IMG/VR virus record: IMGVR_UViG_3300028837_000819
Location: 1 to 57,846 of that record
Reading direction: 5' to 3' (one strand)
Origin: a virus
Lineage: Duplodnaviria; Caudoviricetes
DNA: 57,846 nt
In this document: positions 48,353 through 55,651 of the stretch, piece after piece
How positions within the stretch are numbered: the first letter of the stretch is position 1
Layout: every line of letters begins with the position of its first letter
Notes under the pieces: generated by a model
Told to the model about the DNA's origin: nothing
The model's input: only the letters and a program-made list of their open reading frames with translations
Database searches by the model: none
Program-made: the position numbers and the translations under genes

Positions 48353-49021
48353 ATGGCTGGTACGAATGACAGCGTGGTCCGGAATCAGCTAACTAGCGAT
48401 CAGCGCTTCGCTCAGGGACTTGTGCCTCCACTGAGCGACAAGCTCCTCATTCGTATCGACCCTTCGTGGCCGCACTGGCTTCCGTGGCGCAAGGTCGTCA
48501 ATCCGGCGGGTCGCGCAGGCGTTCCCGACACGCACCTCATCTTCACCTTTGTCGATCTCGAAGATGGCCTGACCGAATCCGCCGCCGTCAACTACGCGGA
48601 CACGGATGTCGTCGGCCGGGCCGAGGCGTACAAGACCTTCATCTCGACGGGCAACAAGCAGTTCCAGATCAACTTTCAGTTCCGGGCGCAGGGCTTGGAG
48701 ACGAGTGGCGACGAGATTTCAGAGATTCTTCAGAAGGAGGTTGTCCTCCCGGCTCGGTGGCTCGATGCTCTGAAGTATCCGATAGTCGATCAGGGACTCA
48801 CGCTTGCACCGCCTCCCTGCATCCTCCAGATCGGTTCGCTTTTCATCGCACGGGTGATCGCCGACGACGTGCAGATACAGTGGCAGCACCCGTTCGATCC
48901 TGAGAGCCTCCTACCTCATGGCGCTGAGGTCTCGTGCACCTTCAGCGTCGTGCGCCGCGTGGTCGGCAACTATCCGATGGACGGCCTTTGGGGCGCGCGT
49001 CGGACGACGGGAGTGACGTAA
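48353..49021 (+). CDS. Tail tube initiator-like baseplate protein
   Basis: NY.D..VVGRAE, KYP, APP...L.IG motifs; follows the tape measure gene. Confidence 0.7.
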   Translation: MAGTNDSVVRNQLTSDQRFAQGLVPPLSDKLLIRIDPSWPHWLPWRKVVNPAGRAGVPDTHLIFTFVDLEDGLTESAAVNYADTDVVGRAEAYKTFISTGNKQFQINFQFRAQGLETSGDEISEILQKEVVLPARWLDALKYPIVDQGLTLAPPPCILQIGSLFIARVIADDVQIQWQHPFDPESLLPHGAEVSCTFSVVRRVVGNYPMDGLWGARRTTGVT

Positions 49022-49362
49022 TGGGTGATGTGATCGGCATCGCGGCAGACAGTCGGTACAAGGACACGCCGCTTTACACGGCTCCCGACGGGCAGCCCGA
49101 GTTCGCGCTCATGGAACCCCCCGTCGAGTTCAGCACCGAGCAGTCGAGTTTTCAGGTGCATCGCGTCGCCCGCAACGAGATCGGATTCCTCGATGTGCTG
49201 GCGGTCGTTTACTACGGACAGGGGCAGGAACGGCTCTGGTGGGCCATCGCGTTGGCAAACGCGCTGGTGGACCCGGAGAGGGACATGTACGTCGGGCAGG
49301 TCCTCGTGATCCCGTCGAGGTCTAGGATCAACAGCTTCATCTCGCGCGCGCGGGAGGTCTGA
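49021..49362 (+). CDS. LysM-like baseplate wedge protein (gp53/tail X-like)
   Basis: SRY..., LD.LA..YYG....LWWAIALAN...DP.....GQVLVIP. Confidence 0.85.
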   Translation: MGDVIGIAADSRYKDTPLYTAPDGQPEFALMEPPVEFSTEQSSFQVHRVARNEIGFLDVLAVVYYGQGQERLWWAIALANALVDPERDMYVGQVLVIPSRSRINSFISRAREV

Positions 49363-49363
49363 C

Positions 49364-50890
49364 GTGCCGGATTCATATTCACCACTCCAGATCGAGATCA
49401 TCTTCGTGACGGACACCCTCAAGGTGCAGATTCCGGCAGAGAACTATTTTCAGTCCTTGTCCATTGAGCAGCGTATGGGTGGCGCGTGGGCGGGGGCGCT
49501 AACTCTCTTCGACCCGAACTCGGCGTACCTTGAGGACCTCATCCTTGCAGCGGGGCCGCAGGGGGCGGGTCGTGGTGTTCTTGTCCGTTGGGGTTGGACC
49601 CACGACGCGGAGGGAAACTACATCCCGCTCAGCAAGCAGCGGGTCTTTGAGGGCCGGATCGCAACGTACACGTCTGAGTTCGCCGTTGAAGGCTTGACTC
49701 TCAAACTTGACATGGTACACGCGGGTATCCTCAACACAATGGTCGATGGCGAAGCCGCGCCGACGCATTCGTGGTCAGGCCAGATGACCGCCAGCGGTAT
49801 TGTTCGTGATATTGCGGAACAGCAGGGTTGGCAGACATCGGAGAAGGGGTTCTACACCAACAGAAAGACCTTCACGCGTGAGACGGTGGAGGACACGGAC
49901 GGTCCAATCGGCGAGTCTATCGTGAAGCCCGCTGACATGGATTTCGTGACCTTCATCCGAGAGTTCCTTCTCCCCCGTGCTGTCAACAAGGACAAGACGC
50001 ACTTCACGTTCGGCTTGGTGCATACGGCCCCCTCGAAGGAGACCACGACGGGTCTGCGAGTCCGGAAGGCGGACTATCCGTCGGTCGTTCACTTCCACTC
50101 CCCCGAATTCGACGGCGCGAGTTCTGGCGGTCTCAACAGGGCGAAAGGCGAGACCAAGCGGCAGATCATGGCCGCGAAGAGCTACATCTTTGGTCGGGAC
50201 AACATGGGCGAGGTCATCAGCTTCAGCCCGAGCGACGATACGCTCCTCGTCGCGTTGCAGGGGCACAGCAACAGCATTTACAAGGGTCTTGACTCCCTCA
50301 AGGGCGAGCAGATTATCTTCGAGACGCAGGAGCTTGAGGGCTTCCCCGGTGCGACCAAGGTTGTCACGGTGGACACGGAATACACGACTGAGGTGGGAGG
50401 CGAGAGGGTCAGTGCGATCCCGCTCATCGCGCGCACGGGCGAGGACTTGGAGCGGAAGGCCGCTGCGCAATTCTCAAGGGTGGGACAGTCGGGATACACT
50501 GCAACGCTGGAGGTCAGAGGCACGCACGATATGCGCGTCTTCGATTACATCGAGGTGATCTACTACCGGCGTGGGGAGACGATGGTTGGGGACGACCAAA
50601 CGATCCCGACGAGCGACTGGTTCAACGAGAGCACGCCGAAGAAACGGCAAGAGCGGGCGAGGGCGAAGGCGTTCCAGAAGCACTATCTGTCGGGACTCTA
50701 TCATGTCAGGGACATTTCGCACGAACTGAGTGCTTCGGGGTGGGTTACCACGTGTGAGCTTCAGCGGTCAGGGCACGCGTACGTGGGTCCGGACGCGACG
50801 AAGAGGCCAGTTGACATCAGCGTTGAGGCGCAGTCTGTCGAAGGTCAGCGTCGTGAGGACATGATCCCTGCGGAGGTGCGGCGTGGGTGA
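49364..50890 (+). CDS. Baseplate hub protein (gp27/late control D-like)
   Basis: VRWGW, SGIVRDIA..., A.L.V.G, LSGLY.V..I.H.L...G..T motifs; precedes the spike gene. Confidence 0.75.
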   Translation: MPDSYSPLQIEIIFVTDTLKVQIPAENYFQSLSIEQRMGGAWAGALTLFDPNSAYLEDLILAAGPQGAGRGVLVRWGWTHDAEGNYIPLSKQRVFEGRIATYTSEFAVEGLTLKLDMVHAGILNTMVDGEAAPTHSWSGQMTASGIVRDIAEQQGWQTSEKGFYTNRKTFTRETVEDTDGPIGESIVKPADMDFVTFIREFLLPRAVNKDKTHFTFGLVHTAPSKETTTGLRVRKADYPSVVHFHSPEFDGASSGGLNRAKGETKRQIMAAKSYIFGRDNMGEVISFSPSDDTLLVALQGHSNSIYKGLDSLKGEQIIFETQELEGFPGATKVVTVDTEYTTEVGGERVSAIPLIARTGEDLERKAAAQFSRVGQSGYTATLEVRGTHDMRVFDYIEVIYYRRGETMVGDDQTIPTSDWFNESTPKKRQERARAKAFQKHYLSGLYHVRDISHELSASGWVTTCELQRSGHAYVGPDATKRPVDISVEAQSVEGQRREDMIPAEVRRG

Positions 50891-51953
50891 TTACAAGAAC
50901 CTGCCCGGTGTCTACCGTGCCATCATTGCGTGTGTCGAGGACCCCGAGGAGCGGGGCCGCTATCAGGTCCGTATCCCACTCTTCCACGACGAGGATGTCC
51001 CCATCGAACATCTCCCGTGGGCCGAGCAGGTCGTCTTCGCTGGCAAGGGCTTCGGCGACGTACCGAATTACGACGTCGGGGACCTCGTGCTCATCGCCTT
51101 CGAGGGTGGCAATTACGAGTACCCCTTCATCATGGGCGGCTGGCTCAGTCAGTCTCAGGGCATCCCCGATCTTCCGCCCGAGCAGCGGGAAGACTACGAG
51201 GAGACGCGCAAGCGCTGGATGAGGATGGACCGCGCGGGCAACCTCATCGAGATGTCCGAGGTGGACGACGAGCTTCTCATCCGGATCAAATCCGGGGACG
51301 CGGAGGTCGTCGTTTCGCAGATCGACAACAGCATCAACATCGCCGCCACCGGGCCGGTCAGGATCAGTGCGCAGCGTGCGGAGATCGCGGCCGAGGACTT
51401 CTCTGTCCGGAGCGAGAACGCCGAGATCGTTGCCACGCATCGTGACGGCGGGGGCGCTGGCGACGCGATCCTCAACATCTTCTCCTCGCAGGTCGTCAAT
51501 ATCTACGGTGGGGACGCTCCGGGGATCGACGCCGATGCTGTCGTGCGTCTCGGTCAGTACATCGACGGGGCGGCAGCCGCTCGCCAGACCAACCTCGTGG
51601 AGGCGCGCTCCGAGATCATTCAGCTTGGCAAGAAGGACGATGAGATTTCACCGGCATACAAGAAGACGGTTACCATCAACGTCTCGGCGGACGCCCTCGT
51701 CTTCTTGGAGTCTAACACGAAGGTACAGATCGACGCGCCGGACGTGGAGGTCAACGCGAGCAACAGCGCGAAGGTCATCTGCTCGGCCATCGAACTTGGG
51801 GTCGGGACGATGCAGCAGCTTGCGAACTATGCGTTGAAGGCCGCCTACGACGCTCACACGCACGGTGGCGTTCAGAGCGGTGGCAGCCTGACGGGAGCAC
51901 CGACGACGCCGCTGTCGTCGAGCGAGTTCACCACTGATACGAAGGCGAGCTAG
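50883..51953 (+). CDS. Baseplate central spike (gp5/gpV/VgrG-like OB fold plus beta-helix)
   Basis: YRA.....DPE.RGR..VRIP, LPWA, P..GD.V...FEGG; C-terminal HTH metal-binding tip motif. Confidence 0.88.
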   Translation: MGDYKNLPGVYRAIIACVEDPEERGRYQVRIPLFHDEDVPIEHLPWAEQVVFAGKGFGDVPNYDVGDLVLIAFEGGNYEYPFIMGGWLSQSQGIPDLPPEQREDYEETRKRWMRMDRAGNLIEMSEVDDELLIRIKSGDAEVVVSQIDNSINIAATGPVRISAQRAEIAAEDFSVRSENAEIVATHRDGGGAGDAILNIFSSQVVNIYGGDAPGIDADAVVRLGQYIDGAAAARQTNLVEARSEIIQLGKKDDEISPAYKKTVTINVSADALVFLESNTKVQIDAPDVEVNASNSAKVICSAIELGVGTMQQLANYALKAAYDAHTHGGVQSGGSLTGAPTTPLSSSEFTTDTKAS

Positions 51954-51955
51954 AC

Positions 51956-52630
51956 GTGGCAGACGCATGTGCAGGGTGTCCGCAATTCATGAAGGAGGCC
52001 GTCCGGCGTCCGGTTGGGGATGCTCTGCAGAAGGTTCAGAACCTCAAGAAGATGACGAACATCATCAACGACGCGATCAGTGCCATCGTCGGCGACGCCG
52101 CCACGGACGTGGACGCCATCGTGACGGCCATGCCCGATCCGCCGGTCCTCGATTTGAGCTACATGGTCTCGATCCTGACGTGCCCCTTGCTCCCCTTCGC
52201 TGTCGCGGCGGACCTGACGATCCTCCAGAAGCTCGATCCCCGCGAACTGGCGAAGATGGTGCAGGGCCAGATGAAGGGGTACATCAAGACCCTCAACCGG
52301 AACTATCAGGGGGCGCTCAAGGAACTGGATAGCTGGCCGGTCATCAAGCTCTCACAGAACTTCTATCGGGACTTCAAGCGCCTCGGGTTCGACGCTGTGC
52401 TCATGGTCGAGGTGCAGGCAGTGACGGCGGCAATCGAGATCATCTGCCCCGACGAGTACGCGGAGGGACCCTACGAGACATTCGATGACGAGGTGCAGGG
52501 TTTCAGCCTCACGGGCTTCCTGCCGAGTGGGCTGGATTCGGAGGTGAACGATCTTCTGACTGCGCTGCAAGGCGGCGAAGTCAAGATCGAAGCGTGGAGG
52601 GCAGCGGCGAGCGCTCCCATAATATTCTGA
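51956..52630 (+). CDS. Hypothetical helical protein
   Basis: Fills the gap after the spike gene; GTG start. Confidence 0.6.
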   Translation: MADACAGCPQFMKEAVRRPVGDALQKVQNLKKMTNIINDAISAIVGDAATDVDAIVTAMPDPPVLDLSYMVSILTCPLLPFAVAADLTILQKLDPRELAKMVQGQMKGYIKTLNRNYQGALKELDSWPVIKLSQNFYRDFKRLGFDAVLMVEVQAVTAAIEIICPDEYAEGPYETFDDEVQGFSLTGFLPSGLDSEVNDLLTALQGGEVKIEAWRAAASAPIIF

Positions 52631-52633
52631 GGA

Positions 52634-52648
52634 CCAACAAATTGTTGG
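52634..52648. promoter_or_regulatory. Palindromic operator-like site, copy 5 (CCAACAAATTGTTGG)
   Basis: 3 bp after the stop at 52630 and ~40 bp upstream of a promoter -35. Confidence 0.8.
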
Positions 52649-52689
52649 ATATGGAGGGCGCACCCCCTGTCTTATACGGCGAAAAAGGA

Positions 52690-52717
52690 TTGAGTGCGGG
52701 AGGTTTTCGAGTAAAAT
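52690..52717 (+). promoter_or_regulatory. Sigma70-like promoter TTGAGT-N16-TAAAAT, likely producing a leaderless mRNA
   Basis: -10 ends 6 nt before ATG 52724; no SD sequence; A-tract upstream. Confidence 0.6.
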
Positions 52718-52723
52718 CTTAAC

Positions 52724-53134
52724 ATGGCTCACGACGTCACAGACTTCGGTAAACCGCTTCGGGGGCTAGGGCTTCCGGCTCTGCAAGGGGCTGGTGGGTA
52801 CTTCGCCGCGAAGACTCGGCATCAGGTTGCGTGGGGGGACCTACTCAACGCGCTCCTCTGCCCCATCGGTGGTCGGTTCATGCGTCGGGCCTTCGGGAGC
52901 GGGCTGTACAACGTGTTGTTCGAGCCGGGGATGGCGGACAACCCGCAACTGATCCGTTTCATGGTGATCGACGCGGCGTCGAGGCACTGCCCGCACATTC
53001 AGATTCGCGATGTCATCATCGCGGTCGACGGGGATACCGTAAACCTCCGGGTCTCTTTCAGCCTCGCGGAGGACGCAGCGGTTGAGGAACGTCTCGTACA
53101 ACTGGCACGAGGCACGGTTGTGAGGACCCCATAA
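52724..53134 (+). CDS. Baseplate wedge/sheath initiator (gp25/GPW-like)
   Basis: LL.P.G.R.MRR.FGSGL...LFEP motif. Confidence 0.88.
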   Translation: MAHDVTDFGKPLRGLGLPALQGAGGYFAAKTRHQVAWGDLLNALLCPIGGRFMRRAFGSGLYNVLFEPGMADNPQLIRFMVIDAASRHCPHIQIRDVIIAVDGDTVNLRVSFSLAEDAAVEERLVQLARGTVVRTP

Positions 53135-55209
53135 TGGCCGGACCTGCGATAGAAGAGCGGCTCTCGTACACGGATCGGGACTACGACACGGTTCTTGCCG
53201 AGCTTGAGACGCTCGTCAGGCAGACGCGGCCGGAACTCTGGTCCGATTTCTTCGAGTCGAACCTCGGGCTCGCGCTCATCCAGATGAATGCGCTCATCGG
53301 GGACATGCTCTCGTACGGGCAGGACGCTCTCGGCGCTGAGATATTCCTTTCGACCTGTCGCCGGTACGAATCGGCCCTCCGCTTCTGTCGTTCGGTTGGG
53401 TACGTGCCGCGATCCGCGACGCCCGCTGAGGTCACCGTCGCGGCGGTGGACTTCCCCGATGTCATCACGACGCAGGGTGGGACTGTTCCGGCGGGAAGCT
53501 CGATCAAGAGCGGAGACGGGTATACCTACGAGCTTCTTGCGGACGCTGTGATCCCGGCCGGGAGCACCTTCTCCAGCCTTTCCCTCATCGAGGGCCAGAG
53601 TTGGCAGGAGACCTTCGATCCGAGCGTGGACCCGAGTCAGGCGGTCAGCACCTCCCGTGGGGTCGTCGCCGATGCGTCGTGGGACGTGTACGTCGGTACG
53701 GTCAGCCCGTTGAACAAGTGGACTGAGGTCACCAACGTGGCCTTCGAGACAACGCCAACTGATACCTACGAGACGAGCTTCGACGGAGACGGCAAGCTGA
53801 TCGTGAAGTTCGGCGATGGCTCGGCCGGGAAGATTCCCGACGACACGATCACGATCCTGTACCGCACGTCGAACGGGGCGGACGGCAACGCTCCGGTGGC
53901 CTCGATCCGTGGCTCGATGACCGTCAACCTCACGGGCGGCGGGACTGTCAGCGTCACGTACGAGAACAGCAACAGTGCCGCGTCCGGCGGTGAGGACCGC
54001 GAGAGCCTCGCGGAGCTTCGGAACAACGTCCCTGCCTACATCGCGAGCCAAGACAAGCTCATCACGCTGCAGGATTACGAGACCAACATCCCGTCGGTCC
54101 CCGGCGTGGCCCTCTCCTTCGTTGACATTCTGGTCGCTTCGTATGCCTCGAACGTGCTCAACGTCAACGTCTTCGACGCGGAAGAGGTGACCTTCACCTC
54201 CGAGTCACCCGTGGACCTCATCCGCTCGACCGTCGATTACACCCGGTACGTGCAGATGTCGCAGGACCGGGCGAATGACGTGCAGGCGTTCCTTCGCACG
54301 CGCACGATGGAGTCGGTCCACCACACCATCGTCCGGCCGACGATTGCGTGGGTCGACATCTATCTCGGGAATGTGGTCTACGACCAAGAGTATGACAAGG
54401 ATGAAGTCCACGCGGCGATCACGGCCGCCGTCGTTGGGGCCTTCGAGGGAGGCACCGGCTTCTCCGTCCGCGTCTCGGAGGTATACAACGCGGTCCGTGA
54501 CGTGCTTGGGGTCAGCCACTTCTATATCGAGCGGATGATCTTCGACCACCTCGACGGAACGGCCGCCACGGGGACCATCGAGTTTACCGGAGACGTGAAC
54601 CCGGCGGACACGGATACGATCACTATCAGCGACGGCGAGCAGACCGCCACCTTCGAGTTCGATAACAACTCCACCACGTCGCCGGGGAACGTGCCGGTTG
54701 TCATCGGGGCGGACGCGAGCGAGACCCTTGAGAACCTCATGGACGCGATCAACGAGAACCTACTGATCCGCGCGTCCGAGGATCGCAGCGCCTCTGATCC
54801 CACGCTGGACCTCATCCACACGCGGACGGGCTCGCAGTACAACGTCCCCATGACGAAGAACGTGGCGAACCCGGTGACCCTCACGGGCATGGCGGGAGGC
54901 GACGACACGCTGGTACAGCACATCGAGGATCACCGCAGGAATCAGGAACCCGTTCCGGACTTCTGGCCTCCGGGACCGTACGTGCCCGGCGAGCCTTTCG
55001 ATCCTCCGGACCCGTGGGAGGACGGCGGCCAGCTTCCGTACGAGGAGATTGAGGACCCTGAGATCATCAGGGTCGTGAGTGCCCGGCGCTATTACGACGA
55101 GACCTATCTGTACAACAACGAGATATATTACAACGCCGGGGTTGGTGGAGCAGCGGCGGTTCAGGCGATCAACCTACGTCGGCTCGTATTCGAGCTTGTG
55201 ACGCAGTAA
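53134..55209 (+). CDS. Baseplate wedge protein (T4 gp6/baseplate J-like)
   Basis: YTDRDYD, WSDFFES, VGY.P, KFGDG..G..P, GG.D.ES..E.R, T..DY motifs. Confidence 0.9.
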   Translation: MAGPAIEERLSYTDRDYDTVLAELETLVRQTRPELWSDFFESNLGLALIQMNALIGDMLSYGQDALGAEIFLSTCRRYESALRFCRSVGYVPRSATPAEVTVAAVDFPDVITTQGGTVPAGSSIKSGDGYTYELLADAVIPAGSTFSSLSLIEGQSWQETFDPSVDPSQAVSTSRGVVADASWDVYVGTVSPLNKWTEVTNVAFETTPTDTYETSFDGDGKLIVKFGDGSAGKIPDDTITILYRTSNGADGNAPVASIRGSMTVNLTGGGTVSVTYENSNSAASGGEDRESLAELRNNVPAYIASQDKLITLQDYETNIPSVPGVALSFVDILVASYASNVLNVNVFDAEEVTFTSESPVDLIRSTVDYTRYVQMSQDRANDVQAFLRTRTMESVHHTIVRPTIAWVDIYLGNVVYDQEYDKDEVHAAITAAVVGAFEGGTGFSVRVSEVYNAVRDVLGVSHFYIERMIFDHLDGTAATGTIEFTGDVNPADTDTITISDGEQTATFEFDNNSTTSPGNVPVVIGADASETLENLMDAINENLLIRASEDRSASDPTLDLIHTRTGSQYNVPMTKNVANPVTLTGMAGGDDTLVQHIEDHRRNQEPVPDFWPPGPYVPGEPFDPPDPWEDGGQLPYEEIEDPEIIRVVSARRYYDETYLYNNEIYYNAGVGGAAAVQAINLRRLVFELVTQ

Positions 55210-55221
55210 GGAGAGGGGACG

Positions 55222-55641
55222 ATGGCGAACTCACTGACGAACTTGGGCGAGCGCAGCGCGATCATGGGGAATGCGGCAACTGGCCCCACGGACGGTGCTA
55301 TCGCGAGGATAGCGGCCAAGGTGAAGCTCTTCGACAGCACGTCCACGCCGGACAAGGACGGCACGGGCTTCGTCGAGGTGGCGAACGGCAACGGGTATGT
55401 GACAGGCGGCCAAGCGATCACGCACGCCGACTGGACCTACTCCGTCGTCGCCACGAACGGCCAGATTGTCCTCGCCGATAAGCAGTGGACCGCTTCGGGC
55501 GGGAACATTGCCAACATCCTCGGCGCGTTCATCACGGACTCGGCGGATGCGGTGCTCGGCTGGTGGGAGCGTTCGAGCCCCGTCACGCTCGGTCCGGGTG
55601 ACTCGATCACGCTGGACGACCTGACGATCCGCATGACGTAA
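55222..55641 (+). CDS. Small virion structural protein (fibre-associated type)
   Basis: EV..GNGY..GG..., W.ASGG, L..GDS.T pattern; strong RBS. Confidence 0.6.
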   Translation: MANSLTNLGERSAIMGNAATGPTDGAIARIAAKVKLFDSTSTPDKDGTGFVEVANGNGYVTGGQAITHADWTYSVVATNGQIVLADKQWTASGGNIANILGAFITDSADAVLGWWERSSPVTLGPGDSITLDDLTIRMT

Positions 55642-55651
55642 GGGAGTCCCC

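Noticed and set aside
50883-51953. T4 gp5-type lysozyme domain in the spike
   Set aside because: The protein is only 356 aa with no lysozyme motif; it resembles the gpV-type spike with an HxH tip.
41073-55209. Sheath/tube/spike/baseplate block as an eCIS, tailocin or T6SS
   Set aside because: Linked to capsid, prohead protease, neck and tape measure genes, so it is a phage tail.
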